A DNA stretch of 64,000 bases from an uncultured bacterium (GCA_964514655.1 CAZEQY010000008.1:2631-66630), one strand, 5' to 3'; counted from the first letter of the stretch, positions 9,124 through 19,233 are shown. Notes: generated by a model from the letters alone, not told the origin. Program-made: numbers and translations.

Positions 9124-9630
9124 TTATATCTTGATAAAGCCTTGAGCTGGACCTTGACGTCCTTGTGCAGGGGGCATCGCAGCAGGAGCTGGTCCTTTTG
9201 CACCGTCATCGCGTCCTTCGACAACTTCTTGACAAGTCTTGCGCCATTTTTCGACCATTTCAACAAATATTGGTGCATAGGCTCTTAGTGCTGATGTCAC
9301 TGCGTGCTCCATATCAAGCGTTGAGTGCACTAAAATGAGTTCTTCAGCAACAGCTACTCCTACACCACCGCCGGCCATCTGACCGCCAAGTAATGAGCCT
9401 TCAAGCAGTTTTTCGTACAGCCTGAGGCGAGTCTTATCATCTTTTGGAAGGCCATCTAATAGCGGCGAATAGATGTACATCTTACGTGAATTGGGTTCAT
9501 AGGTGATGTGCAGTGAGTACTCATCATCAATTCCCAAGATACACGTATTATTTTCATCGAATTCAAGGTCCTCTAAGCCGAGTTCCTTTCCGAATTCTTT
9601 GAGATTTTCCTTTGCATTTTCCAGTGACAT
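9124..9630 (-). CDS. type III secretion chaperone, SycE/CesT class I (Slc1/CT043-like)
   Basis: ATG at 9630 with GGAGG 8 nt upstream. MSLENAKENLKEFGKELGLEDLEFDENNTCILGIDDEYSLHITYE...YIYSPLLDGLP...LYEKLLEGSLLGGQMAGGGVGV closely resembles what I recall of chlamydial Slc1. It has a Pro/Gly/Ala-rich C-terminal tail. Confidence 0.6.
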   Translation of the reverse strand: MSLENAKENLKEFGKELGLEDLEFDENNTCILGIDDEYSLHITYEPNSRKMYIYSPLLDGLPKDDKTRLRLYEKLLEGSLLGGQMAGGGVGVAVAEELILVHSTLDMEHAVTSALRAYAPIFVEMVEKWRKTCQEVVEGRDDGAKGPAPAAMPPAQGRQGPAQGFIKI

Positions 9631-9871
9631 ATACGACACCTCCACTTTGTTCGTCAGGGCAGGCTATTCACCCTATTGCTTCCCTTACTCATATTTTGAA
9701 CTATTTTATATATACTTTGCTAGATATTTTTTCAAAAATAGTCTATGAAAGCATAAGTATCTCTTTATTAGTGTGTTACATAATTTCTTGAAAGCGATCC
9801 CAAAATTCTGTCTTGATATAATCTAGAGTCAACGCGTACAATTTATGATTACAAAACTTTATATGGTGAAT

Positions 9872-10729
9872 ATGGGATTATTTTCTCGCAAAAAACCGAA
9901 GATTAAAATTACCTCTACTAAAAAAGATGGTTTTAGTGGCTGGCTTAAATGTACACATTGCAGCGAGCTCATTCATGCAAATGAACTCGAGAGCAACCTA
10001 AACTGCTGCCCAAAGTGTAGCTATCACTACAGGCTAAGCGCAGAAGACCGCATCGCAAGCCTTGCTGATCCTGATAGCTTCAAAGAGCTTTTTCAGGGAC
10101 TAGAAGCTGTAGATGCCCTTGGCTTTCGCGACTCGCAAAGCTATGCTGAACGTTTGGAAAGCGCTAAATCAAAGTCTGGCCAAGAAGATGCCTGCATAGT
10201 AGGCACCTGTCAAATTCGGTCAATTCCTGTTGCCCTTGGGGTAATGGATTTTGGCTTTATGGGCGGTTCAATGGGTTCGGTCGTTGGAGAAAAACTCACT
10301 CGCCTTATCGAGCATGCAACAGCTAAGCGCCTTCCCCTTATTATCGTCTCTATCTCAGGTGGTGCAAGGATGCAAGAATCTACATTCTCCCTCATGCAGA
10401 TGGCAAAGACAAGCGCAGCACTTGGCCGGCTCCAAGAGCGAAAGTGCCCTTATATATCAATTCTTACAAACCCGACTACAGGCGGCGTAACAGCCTCTTT
10501 TGCTTCGCTTGGTGATATCATTATCGCAGAGCCTAATGCCCTTATTTGCTTTGCGGGACCTCGCGTTATTGAGCAGATTCTAGGCAAGCCCCTGCCACCT
10601 GGAGCCCAACAGTCTGAATTTTTGCTAAAACATGGCCTAATCGATATTATTGCATCGCGTCACCAGCTTAAGGATACATTAGGAAAGATCCTCGATTATA
10701 CAGCCTGCGAATGGAGAAAGAGCGCATGA
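9872..10729 (+). CDS. accD: acetyl-CoA carboxylase carboxyltransferase beta subunit
   Basis: ORF 9845..10729. The start at 9872 (MGLFSRKKPKIK) best matches the E. coli AccD N-terminal length. Zn ribbon CTHCSELIHANELESNLNCCPKCSYH and carboxyltransferase core MDFGFMGGSMGSVVGEK...ISGGARMQE. Confidence 0.92.
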   Translation: MGLFSRKKPKIKITSTKKDGFSGWLKCTHCSELIHANELESNLNCCPKCSYHYRLSAEDRIASLADPDSFKELFQGLEAVDALGFRDSQSYAERLESAKSKSGQEDACIVGTCQIRSIPVALGVMDFGFMGGSMGSVVGEKLTRLIEHATAKRLPLIIVSISGGARMQESTFSLMQMAKTSAALGRLQERKCPYISILTNPTTGGVTASFASLGDIIIAEPNALICFAGPRVIEQILGKPLPPGAQQSEFLLKHGLIDIIASRHQLKDTLGKILDYTACEWRKSA

Positions 10730-11196
10730 CACATCCTGAGAACTACTTCGTGATCAAAAAAATTCCTGTAAAGTGCCTAGCAGAACGTAAAGAGCTTATC
10801 CCTCAATACGCTACCCTCCAAGCAGCAGGAGCAGACCTTAGAGCAAACCTCAAAGAGGCTATAAGTATCCCTGCACATACTGCCATGCTTATTCCCACGG
10901 GCCTTTTTTTAGAAATTCCCCCAGGCTACGAAGTGCAAGTACGCCCTAGAAGTGGTCTTGCGCTTAAAAACCAGGTAACAGTGCTCAACTCTCCTGGCAC
11001 AATTGACAGCGACTATCGCGGAGAAATCCAGGTGATTTTGATGAATCACTCGAATGTAGATTTTATAGTAACAAATGGCATGAGAATTGCCCAAATGGTA
11101 ATCGCCCCCTGCATTCAGGCGGAATTTATTGAAGCTAAAGAGCTTACAACAACAGAGCGCGCAGCTGGCGGCTTTGGTCATACGGGTACACAGTAA
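10726..11196 (+). CDS. dut: dUTP pyrophosphatase
   Basis: dUTPase motifs AGADLRA, RPRSGLALK, GTIDSDYRGE, RIAQMV and GGFGHTG. The ATG at 10726 has GGAGA 8 nt upstream; the alternative ATG at 10711 has none. Confidence 0.93.
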   Translation: MTHPENYFVIKKIPVKCLAERKELIPQYATLQAAGADLRANLKEAISIPAHTAMLIPTGLFLEIPPGYEVQVRPRSGLALKNQVTVLNSPGTIDSDYRGEIQVILMNHSNVDFIVTNGMRIAQMVIAPCIQAEFIEAKELTTTERAAGGFGHTGTQ

Positions 11197-11257
11197 AAAT
11201 CCCTTGCAGGCAAAACCAAAACACCGTATTCATTAACCTTATCCTTTTGTGAGGAAG

Positions 11258-11704
11258 ATGAAATTATACAACTATCTAACCGATAAACTCGTCTTTTTCT
11301 TAGATGTCTCATCAAAAGAAGAAGCACTCAACGAGATCGTAAAAGTAACGATCGATGCTATTGACTTGCCAGAGCCGGAGCGCTTTTGCAAAGCCATATT
11401 TGATCGCGAAAAAATCGTCTCCACAGGCATAGGGATGGGTGTTGCTATTCCCCACGCAAAGCTTGAGTGCTACGATGACTTTTTTATTGCTGTAGCCGTA
11501 CTTAAATCAGGCATAGACTGGAACGCCCTTGACGGCGCCCCTGTCAGGCTCATATTTTTAATCGGCGGACCTGACGACAAGCAAACTGAATACCTGAAAA
11601 TTCTCTCAAGCCTCACGGGTGTCTTGCGAGATGAAGAGCTTAGAAAGCACCTTATAGCTTCTAGCTCTGCAAAAGAAGTAATGAATCTCTTCGAAATATT
11701 GTGA
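11258..11704 (+). CDS. ptsN: PTS EIIA(Ntr)-type regulatory protein
   Basis: EIIA-2 domain with the active-site context GIGMGVAIPHAK. An alternative GTG start lies at 11249. Confidence 0.8.
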   Translation: MKLYNYLTDKLVFFLDVSSKEEALNEIVKVTIDAIDLPEPERFCKAIFDREKIVSTGIGMGVAIPHAKLECYDDFFIAVAVLKSGIDWNALDGAPVRLIFLIGGPDDKQTEYLKILSSLTGVLRDEELRKHLIASSSAKEVMNLFEIL

Positions 11705-11717
11705 CTAAAGGTGAACT

Positions 11718-12404
11718 ATGGATCTAGAATTGCAAGAAGTGGCAGGACTACTCAACGTACCGGAGACAGTGCTTTTAAAGTTGGTTTCAGAGGGCAAAGT
11801 CCCTTCATATAACATCAACGGCTCATACCGCTTTAGCCGTCAAGAAATTGAAACCTGGGTGCTGCAGGAAAAGACCTCTAAAGAACCAGGCTACGAAGAA
11901 CTAGAAAGCCTTAAGCCCTCAAGCGGCTCCATGCGCTATAACCTCTTTCGCGCAATCAATAATGGCGATGTCTTTTGCGATATAGACGCCGACAACAAAC
12001 AGTCGCTCATTCGCCAGACGATGAAGCGCCTAGCTCCCCTTCTTCGCCTTGATGCAGATGTACTTTATGAGCTATTTATGGATCGAGAAAACCTCGTACC
12101 TACAGCTGTAGGACATGGCTTTGCAATTCCTCACGCTCGCGACTTTTTGATGGAAGGCCATAGAGACGCCGTTGCCGTTGTGTTTTTACAAACACCAATC
12201 GCATATGGTGCACTGGACGGCAAACCCGTACACACTCTCTTTTTTCTTTTGGCATCTGATGACAAGCGTCACCTTGCCCTGCTTTCAAAAATCGCTCACC
12301 TTGCAAGCACACCTTCACTAATTGAAGAGCTTGCAAAGAAGCCTCAAAAAGCAGAACTTCTTGAACTTGTAAAATCCTGGGAAACAAAGCTCGCTCACGC
12401 CTAA
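11718..12404 (+). CDS. excisionase/MerR-type HTH fused to a PTS EIIA(Ntr) domain
   Basis: The N-terminus LNVPETVLLKLVSEGKVPSYNINGSYRFSRQEIETWV is an excisionase-family HTH. The C-terminal EIIA-2 domain carries GHGFAIPHAR. It is the second of a tandem ptsN-like pair, as I recall for CT290/CT291. Confidence 0.75.
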   Translation: MDLELQEVAGLLNVPETVLLKLVSEGKVPSYNINGSYRFSRQEIETWVLQEKTSKEPGYEELESLKPSSGSMRYNLFRAINNGDVFCDIDADNKQSLIRQTMKRLAPLLRLDADVLYELFMDRENLVPTAVGHGFAIPHARDFLMEGHRDAVAVVFLQTPIAYGALDGKPVHTLFFLLASDDKRHLALLSKIAHLASTPSLIEELAKKPQKAELLELVKSWETKLAHA

Positions 12405-12419
12405 ACTATTCGTGCCGCT

Positions 12420-13679
12420 TTACGCGCAAAAAAGAGGCTCTTGGGTTGCCTTGTAATGCATGATTGCATTGTGGGCTTCTAGGCTCATCTCTTCAAAGGG
12501 AATATGGCGAGATGCATGTAAAAAGTAGGCTAAACTGCCCTCACGTGAAAGGCGTGACATAAGATAGAGTTTTAGCATGGTAGCAAAGGGATGTTTGCCA
12601 CTATGTTGAAAGGCTTCTTCCAGCACTGCTGCTTCTTCCATATATTTTTTTTGCTCGTGCAAAACAAGCGCCTTTCCTAAATAGCCAAGAGGAGCTGCAT
12701 CCACTATAAAGAGCTTTTCAAACTCTAGCATACACTCAGCAAACGCCTTTTTACTGCGCGATTTTTTAGCTTTTTCTAATAAAGAAAGCCCCGCATAAAA
12801 AAGTGCCCTCTTGCCCACTTCCTGGCCATGATAGCTATAGGCCTGCTCTAGGTAGCTTCCATAGGCTTTTATATACTGCTTTTCAGCAAGTATGTGATCG
12901 CTTACTGCAAGAGGATTAGGTCTAAAGTTTTTGCCGCTCGTAAAAACAGAAAAATCCTCTATGCTAGTCTCTGTATCTTCGAGCATCAACCCTATCTGAG
13001 CGCCATTTTTGGGAAGAAAAGAACATGATGCTTCAAAAAGCCGTTCATCAACATATACAAAAAGAGCATTATCTCTACATTCGATGGCAATCTTATGAAA
13101 GACCCCCTTTTCAAACTTTTTGGAAGAAATCCAAATAGCCTCTCCAAGTGAAGTTTTGTCTGCGTAGAGAAAAAAGCCGATGCACCCTTCTGCATTCCAT
13201 CGCACCTTAGCTTGTATTTTTATATCGCCGTTAAATGAAGCATGTGTAAGCCACTTTCCAAGCTTGCACTGCTCCCAATGCTCCCCATCTCGCATGTCGA
13301 GGCGCTGAACCTGTATCCAGTCTGGACGTGCTTCTAGATAGGTTACAAGGTCGTGTAGCATTTCTTCAACACTCTCATATTCTCTTGTGGCTATAGAAGA
13401 CAAAATAGAAGGCACATACTCGTATGGATGGACAAGCGTAAGCATCTTATGAAATAGCTGCTGCAGCCCCGAGCAGCTGCAAGATCCTTCCACAGCTGAC
13501 ACTTCACCGTAGCGACCAAACTTGATGTCAGATGGATGTATTTCAGTTTTAGATTGCGTATAGCAAACTTTCTGACAAATCTGTCTAAAGATATGGCAGA
13601 GGCTTGACAGTGTGGCAAGAGGCTTTTCACTATTTTGAGAAGCAAGAAAAAGATCGTGTAATGTAGCTAGTTGACGCAT
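12420..13679 (-). CDS. hypothetical protein (possible degenerate kinase-like N-terminus, beta-sandwich middle, helical-repeat C-terminus)
   Basis: 419-aa ORF. HPSDIKFGRYGEV resembles a decayed kinase catalytic loop. IKIQAKVRWNAEGCIGFFLYADK...HKIAIECRDNALFVYVDERL looks LamG/ConA-like. No confident family assignment. Confidence 0.5.
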   Translation of the reverse strand: MRQLATLHDLFLASQNSEKPLATLSSLCHIFRQICQKVCYTQSKTEIHPSDIKFGRYGEVSAVEGSCSCSGLQQLFHKMLTLVHPYEYVPSILSSIATREYESVEEMLHDLVTYLEARPDWIQVQRLDMRDGEHWEQCKLGKWLTHASFNGDIKIQAKVRWNAEGCIGFFLYADKTSLGEAIWISSKKFEKGVFHKIAIECRDNALFVYVDERLFEASCSFLPKNGAQIGLMLEDTETSIEDFSVFTSGKNFRPNPLAVSDHILAEKQYIKAYGSYLEQAYSYHGQEVGKRALFYAGLSLLEKAKKSRSKKAFAECMLEFEKLFIVDAAPLGYLGKALVLHEQKKYMEEAAVLEEAFQHSGKHPFATMLKLYLMSRLSREGSLAYFLHASRHIPFEEMSLEAHNAIMHYKATQEPLFCA

Positions 13680-13737
13680 GAAGGTAGAGATTCCTGCCTT
13701 AGGGTTTTTTCTCTCTTACCTGTTCTTAAGATATTAA

Positions 13738-14214
13738 TCAATAATGGACATTATTAGAAAGGCTTGCGTATTCTTTCCACACCTTAACTGCTTCATCTTG
13801 CAGAGTTTGCGTTGCCTTTATACGGCGATCTGAAGAGTCTTTTCGAATTTCAGAAAGAAAGTCCACATCTTCAAAACGGCCATACTGTAGGGCATCTTGC
13901 ATGGTGGAGGCATAGTAAATATGCCTGATATGTGCCCAGTAAGCACCTGCAAGGCACATTGGGCAGCATTCAGCACTTGTGTAGAGGTCACAGCCATCAA
14001 GATGAAAGGTCCCAAGATTTTTACACGCATCGCGTATGGCATGCATCTCAGCGTGCCATGTAGGGTCATTATTCTTTACAACTTGATTGTAGCCTTCGCC
14101 TATGATCTTGCCATCTTTTACGATGACAGCGCCAAAGGCGCCGCCTGTCTTTTCGATGATTGAAGCGCGCCTACTAAGTTCTATGGCGCGCTTCATAAAG
14201 GGTTCGTGATTCAT
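13738..14214 (-). CDS. CDA-fold zinc deaminase, guanine deaminase (GuaD)-like
   Basis: The ATG at 14214 lies 1 nt after the clpC stop (14216-14218). HAEMHAIRDA and LYTSAECCPMCLAGAYWA (H-A-E ... C-P-x-C) match B. subtilis-type guanine deaminase. The longer ORF to 14388 overlaps clpC and is rejected. Confidence 0.75.
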   Translation of the reverse strand: MNHEPFMKRAIELSRRASIIEKTGGAFGAVIVKDGKIIGEGYNQVVKNNDPTWHAEMHAIRDACKNLGTFHLDGCDLYTSAECCPMCLAGAYWAHIRHIYYASTMQDALQYGRFEDVDFLSEIRKDSSDRRIKATQTLQDEAVKVWKEYASLSNNVHY

Positions 14215-14215
14215 G

Positions 14216-16807
14216 CTACTCTTCTTTTTGAGCAGCTGATTTAGCAGCTTTTTTGGATGCCCGCTCTTTTGCTGGCGGCTTAGTAGCAGGGGTTGCTTGA
14301 TCTTTTTGCACAAAGACGATCTTTTCACCTTCTGCCACAAGCTCTGCATTCCAGCTTTCATCTGGATGCATGAGCAACTGCTCTGCAAGCTGATCTTCTA
14401 CATACTGCTCGATAGTGCGGCGAAGCGGCCTTGCGCCCATTTCTGGTTGAAATCCTTTTTCCACCAAAAATTCTTTGGCACTTGGTGTAAGCGAAATCGT
14501 GACATCCTTTTTGACAAGACGGTTTTGGATCTTCTTCATTTCTAAGTCCAGAATATGACGTAGAGCCTCTTTTGAAAGCGGCTGGAAGATCACAATGTCA
14601 GTCAAGCGGTTCAAGAACTCAGGCTTAAAGTGCTTTTTCACGGCGCCATCGATCTTTTCTTTCATCACGCCATATTCCATCATGCCCTCTTTTGTGCTAA
14701 AGCCAATCTCCGTGCTCTTACGGATAAGGTCGGCACCGAGGTTTGAGGTCATGATGATAATAGTGTTGCGAAAATCTACTTTTCGGCCAAAGGCATCTGT
14801 AAGGCGTCCTTCTTCAAGTATCTGAAGGAGGATATCCATAACGTCAGGGTGCGCTTTTTCAACTTCATCAAAGAGCACTACAGAATAGGGGCGCTGTCTT
14901 ATACGCTCTGTAAGCTGGCCACCTTCTTCGTAGCCAACATAGCCTGGAGGCGATCCCATAATGCGCGAGACGGCAAATTTTTCCATATACTCAGACATGT
15001 CTATCTGAATGAGGGCATCTTCACCGCCAAACATGTTGATTGCAAGCTGTCTGCCAAGAAGCGTCTTTCCAACCCCTGTAGGGCCTAAGAACAAAAAGGC
15101 ACCAATTGGGCGGTTTGGATCTTTAATGTCTGCGCGGCTACGACGTATTGCCCGCGAGACAATAGTTACAGCTTCATCTTGACCGATGATGCTTCCTTTA
15201 AGCACTTCTTCAAGCTTAAGGACCTTTTGCATCTCCCCTTCTGTAAGGCGATAGATTGGAATACCTGTCTGCTTAGCAACAACAGCGGCTACATCTTCAT
15301 CGTCTACAGCAACTTCATGCTCTTCTCGGTTTGTCTCCCACTCGCTACGAATCTGCTGCAGCTTTTCTCTAAGTGATTTTTCTTTATCGCGAAGCTTTGC
15401 AGCCTTTTCATACTCTTGCTTGCTGATAGCTTCTTCTTTTGCAAGGCGAGACTCTTCTATCTCAGCTTCAAACTTGCTGATGTCAAGTGGCTGGTTCATC
15501 ATAGAAATGCGCATCATAGCGCCGGCTTCGTCAAGTAAGTCTATAGCCTTATCTGGCAAGAAACGTCCATACACGTAGCGATCAGAAAGAACAGCAGCGG
15601 CATTTATTGCCTCTTCAGTATACTGGCACTTGTGGTGTTCTTCATATTTTTGCTTAAGACCTGACAAGATCTGGATGGTATCCGGCACGCTCGGAGGTGC
15701 TACAAAAATTTTCTGGAAGCGTCTTTCTAGGGCCGGGTCTTTTTCGATATGCTTGCGGTATTCATCAATTGTCGTAGCGCCAATACACTGCACCTCGCCG
15801 CGAGATAGAGCCGGCTTTAAGATGTTTGATGCATCGATTGCACCTTCTGCAGCGCCTGCTCCCACAATAGTGTGAAGCTCATCGATAAAGAGGATGATGT
15901 TGCCGTTTTTGCGAATTTCATCCATTGCCGCTTTGATGCGCTCTTCAAACTGACCGCGATACTTTGTACCTGCGATCATGAGGGCAAGATCAAGACTTAT
16001 AAGTTTTTTCTTGCGCAAGATATCCGGCACTTCCCCATTCACAATAGCATGTGCAAGGCCTTCAACAATCGCAGTCTTACCAACACCCGCTTCACCCACT
16101 AGTACAGGGTTATTTTTGCGGCGCCGGCATAGTATCAGGATTAGGCGCTCTACTTCGTCTTTTCTTCCGATAACAGGATCAAGCTTACCTTCGCGGCAGA
16201 GCTCTGTAAGGTCAAGCCCATAAGCTCTAAGCGCTGGCAGTTTATCACTTGGGGGCTGCGATGGAGAATTATAGCCCTTCTCAAACGACTGCTTGCCTTC
16301 GCGACGCTCTTGTCCGGGCACTGTGCCTGTTCCTGTACCTGCTCCTGCTGTTGGCGGAAGCTGGAGGTTAAATGACTCTAGCTCTTTTAGTATTTCCTTA
16401 CGCACCTCTTTGAGGTTTACGTTGAGGTTTTCAAGCACTTGCGCGGCAACTCCATCGGTCTGGCGAAGCAGGCCCAGCAAGAGATGCTCAGTACCTACGT
16501 AGTTGTGATTTAAATTTGTTGCCTCTTCGTTTGCGTACTCGATAACTTTTTTCACTTTGCCGGTAAGTGCCGGATCGCCATACAGCTGTATCTCAGGCCC
16601 AAAGCCAACGAGTTTTTCAACCTCTATACGCACTGTGTCGTAGTCGATATTCATATTGCGAAGGACGTTCACAGCTATTCCTTGACCAAGCTTGAGCAGC
16701 CCTAAAAGGATGTGCTCAGTGCCAAGGTAGTTGTGGTTCATGCGCTGCGCCTCTTTTTTGGCGAGCTTTATGACCTGTTTTGCGCGATTTGTGAATTTAT
16801 CAAACAT
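14216..16807 (-). CDS. clpC: ATP-dependent Clp protease ATP-binding subunit ClpC
   Basis: 863 aa. Two Clp_N repeats, two AAA+ modules ([30 protein letters not shown]), a UVR-like linker ([19 protein letters not shown]) and an extra Gly/Thr/Pro-rich insertion after the N domain. Confidence 0.95.
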   Translation of the reverse strand: MFDKFTNRAKQVIKLAKKEAQRMNHNYLGTEHILLGLLKLGQGIAVNVLRNMNIDYDTVRIEVEKLVGFGPEIQLYGDPALTGKVKKVIEYANEEATNLNHNYVGTEHLLLGLLRQTDGVAAQVLENLNVNLKEVRKEILKELESFNLQLPPTAGAGTGTGTVPGQERREGKQSFEKGYNSPSQPPSDKLPALRAYGLDLTELCREGKLDPVIGRKDEVERLILILCRRRKNNPVLVGEAGVGKTAIVEGLAHAIVNGEVPDILRKKKLISLDLALMIAGTKYRGQFEERIKAAMDEIRKNGNIILFIDELHTIVGAGAAEGAIDASNILKPALSRGEVQCIGATTIDEYRKHIEKDPALERRFQKIFVAPPSVPDTIQILSGLKQKYEEHHKCQYTEEAINAAAVLSDRYVYGRFLPDKAIDLLDEAGAMMRISMMNQPLDISKFEAEIEESRLAKEEAISKQEYEKAAKLRDKEKSLREKLQQIRSEWETNREEHEVAVDDEDVAAVVAKQTGIPIYRLTEGEMQKVLKLEEVLKGSIIGQDEAVTIVSRAIRRSRADIKDPNRPIGAFLFLGPTGVGKTLLGRQLAINMFGGEDALIQIDMSEYMEKFAVSRIMGSPPGYVGYEEGGQLTERIRQRPYSVVLFDEVEKAHPDVMDILLQILEEGRLTDAFGRKVDFRNTIIIMTSNLGADLIRKSTEIGFSTKEGMMEYGVMKEKIDGAVKKHFKPEFLNRLTDIVIFQPLSKEALRHILDLEMKKIQNRLVKKDVTISLTPSAKEFLVEKGFQPEMGARPLRRTIEQYVEDQLAEQLLMHPDESWNAELVAEGEKIVFVQKDQATPATKPPAKERASKKAAKSAAQKEE

Positions 16808-16908
16808 CGTTAATTACCTATGTAAAGTGAAGAGTATACCTAAAAGCTGACATTAGAGGGAGTGTGGTTTTTTTGTAAACACCCAAAAAAAAGAGAGAGA
16901 ACGCAACC

Positions 16909-17005
16909 CTAATCTTAATCTTGATCTTGATCTTGATCTTGATCTCTCTTCTTCACGGAGATGACAAAGATTAAGATTAAGATTAAGATTAAGATCAAGA
17001 TTAAG
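16909..17005. repeat. inverted repeat built from hexanucleotide tandem repeats (TAATCT/TGATCT x6 ... AGATTA/AGATCA x6)
   Basis: Left arm 16909-16946 (ctaatcttaatcttgatcttgatcttgatcttgatctc), 21-nt loop, right arm 16968-17005 (agattaagattaagattaagattaagatcaagattaag). The right arm includes the hemY stop codon. Confidence 0.85.
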
Positions 17006-18326
17006 AACCGTATTGATGTGCAACATTGTACGCCGAAGTCACACTATCTCCCACACTTACACCATAAAGGCCGCTGCCGAGTAACGTGATGGGGCCGCCA
17101 TTCGCATGCAGCTCCCTTACCGTTCTATAATGACCCACAGGATAGCGGCTGATAGCGTTTGGAGCTCGTGTAATATGTTGGTAATCAGGAGCTTTTGTGA
17201 TATTAAGGTATTTTTGTAAGCTAGCTTGCATTAATGCAGTGAGCACTTCGTCACTGAAAGCCACTAGCTCCTTACATCTAGAGCCCCCCATCATGAGAGA
17301 TAGACGCGTTGCATAGGGTCCATTTTGCTCAGGAAAAAGCGATGAGTCAAAGACGATACCAAGTAGCATGCTATCTTCATGCTCAGGACACAAAAAGCCA
17401 AATGCCGGAGGAATGGCAACGGCCTCTTTGTATGCAACCGATATCGTAACAAGTGAAGTAGTGGGTATTTCTAAAAGAGGTTTAATGGAACTAGAATCCG
17501 GCAACATACGTGCAAAGACTGCCGGAGTGATTGTTGAAAAAAGATGGTCAAACTCATATATAGTATCTGCCTCAACAAGAACTTTAGAGCCTGCTGGTTT
17601 GACAAGACGCACCTCTTTATTCACAAAAATTGTGGCCTTAATTTTCTGAAGAAGCCTTTTTGGCAACACCTCAATACCCTCTTTAAACGTAAAGGAACGT
17701 GCCTTTTTTTGTTTTTTAGAAAAAAAGCTCGCCTTCACTAAGGAGCCATACTTTTGTTCATCCTCCCAGAGGCTTGCAAAACACGATCTCATAGAAAGTA
17801 GGTGTGGGCTTGAACCATAAATACCGGCACATAAGGCAGACAAAAAGGTGTCTGCCCCCTCCTTGCCAATACGCCTATGAAAAAAACTATAAACGCTTTC
17901 ATCATCGTCGCTACTTTTTTGACTAAATGGCTCTTTTACAAGGCAGTAAAGAAGCTTTCTTCCAAGCTTAGAAAATAGTAGCGACGAAAGGCTGTGGGGA
18001 ATAGCTTCTAGTCTACCTTCGTGAACGATATAGCGCTTTTTGGCATCATCTGCTGTTATAAGCATCTGGCTATCGAGGCCAAGTTCTTGAATAAGCTGAA
18101 AAAGTTCATTTGATGTCTCTCGGAGCGTTCTTGGCCCACATTCAAAAAGAGCACCTTCATGACTATGCGTCCTAAGCCAGCCACCAAGGCGATCTTGTGC
18201 CTCAAAGATGGTTATGTCGCATGAATGCTTTTGTAAATAATAGGCAAGGGCAAGGCCGCAGATTCCACCACCTAGTATGGCAACCTTTTTAGGAGCGTCC
18301 GTGCGTTTGTTGACCTGCTGCTTCAC
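17001..18326 (-). CDS. hemY: protoporphyrinogen oxidase, FAD-dependent (HemY type)
   Basis: 441 aa. N-terminal dinucleotide fold KKVAILGGGICGLALAYYL...FEAQDRLGGW. Length and overall pattern are typical of PPOX. Confidence 0.82.
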   Translation of the reverse strand: MKQQVNKRTDAPKKVAILGGGICGLALAYYLQKHSCDITIFEAQDRLGGWLRTHSHEGALFECGPRTLRETSNELFQLIQELGLDSQMLITADDAKKRYIVHEGRLEAIPHSLSSLLFSKLGRKLLYCLVKEPFSQKSSDDDESVYSFFHRRIGKEGADTFLSALCAGIYGSSPHLLSMRSCFASLWEDEQKYGSLVKASFFSKKQKKARSFTFKEGIEVLPKRLLQKIKATIFVNKEVRLVKPAGSKVLVEADTIYEFDHLFSTITPAVFARMLPDSSSIKPLLEIPTTSLVTISVAYKEAVAIPPAFGFLCPEHEDSMLLGIVFDSSLFPEQNGPYATRLSLMMGGSRCKELVAFSDEVLTALMQASLQKYLNITKAPDYQHITRAPNAISRYPVGHYRTVRELHANGGPITLLGSGLYGVSVGDSVTSAYNVAHQYGS

Positions 18327-18606
18327 TTTTTGAGACTTTTACCTTTTCTAGCATCTTGCGTCTATTTCGCTCTTCGCGATCTAGGCTGGTATTACGCGCT
18401 GTTGGCACCATGCTTCTTTCGACCATACGCACTACAAGGGGTGAAAATGTGGAGTTAAAGATAGCTCGTGCAAGCATTGCCGTAAGCTCTATTGAGCGTG
18501 GCACCGAAAGAGAGGAACTTGTATTTGGCTGTGTGGTAGCAAGATCTTTTGCTCCAGAAACAGCCTGAGTGGAAGAAACACTTGAAGCACCAAATGATAA
18601 ATCCAT
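18289..18606 (-). CDS. small Ser/Thr-rich hypothetical protein (possible T3S substrate)
   Basis: 105 aa. ATG at 18606 with GGGGAGAGAG upstream. The N-terminus MDLSFGASSVSSTQAV resembles that of ORF 19983..20294. It overlaps the hemY start by 38 nt. Confidence 0.35.
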   Translation of the reverse strand: MDLSFGASSVSSTQAVSGAKDLATTQPNTSSSLSVPRSIELTAMLARAIFNSTFSPLVVRMVERSMVPTARNTSLDREERNRRKMLEKVKVSKSEAAGQQTHGRS

Positions 18607-18690
18607 AAAAACTCTCTCCCCTTTTACTCCTTACCCTCCTTGTAAATTATTATTATAATTAATTCAAGTGAATTTTAAATGAAAGAGAGA

Positions 18691-19233
18691 TTATTGAACA
18701 GGATCCACTGGCTGAGAAAGGTTAGAATTTTGTACGGGTTGAGCCGCCTGCAGTGCTTGTCGCCTTCTTCTTTCTTCTTCAGTTTCTTGCAATGGCACCG
18801 AACTTGCTGAATTTTGAGCCTGAGACGGTGCAAAGAGCTTTTCTAGCTCTTTATCGCGCGTTGTGCCCTGGCGAGCATACTGTAAGTCCTCTACCTGGCG
18901 AAGTATCGGAGCAAAACATTCAGCAGCTTCATATGCAAAAGCCTGGCTTGCAGAGTAGTGTGAGCCATAGCCTAAACGATAGCCAAGAAGGTGCGCACCA
19001 ATAAGAGGTAAAGCCGGCAAATAGGCAATAACCATCAAAACAATCAATGCCTTACGAAGTGCAGCTTCTGACTTTGGAATACCGGTAAACGCATTAGGAT
19101 TTGCCTGCTGAATAGTCAAGCCAGGATCTATAGGGGGTGCAGGCTGTGGATTAGGAGGGTTTGGCTGTGGTGGCGGTTGTGGTGGGGCGGGACTATGCAG
19201 CTGAGGCTGTGCGGCTGGTAATACAGGTTCCAT
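18691..19233 (-). CDS. Pro-rich protein with a central hydrophobic hairpin (Inc- or translocator-like)
   Basis: 180 aa. N-terminus PAAQPQLHSPAPPQPPPQPNPPNPQPAPP, hydrophobic ALIVLMVIAYLPALPLIGAHLLGY, charged C-terminus. It lies directly downstream of the TPR chaperone gene. Confidence 0.5.
   Translation of the reverse strand: MEPVLPAAQPQLHSPAPPQPPPQPNPPNPQPAPPIDPGLTIQQANPNAFTGIPKSEAALRKALIVLMVIAYLPALPLIGAHLLGYRLGYGSHYSASQAFAYEAAECFAPILRQVEDLQYARQGTTRDKELEKLFAPSQAQNSASSVPLQETEEERRRRQALQAAQPVQNSNLSQPVDPVQ

Noticed and set aside
14215-14388. 58-codon extension of the deaminase ORF overlapping the clpC 3' end.
   Set aside because: The conserved deaminase core begins at MNHEPFMKRAIELS (ATG 14214), immediately after the clpC stop. 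The extension would overlap clpC by 173 nt.
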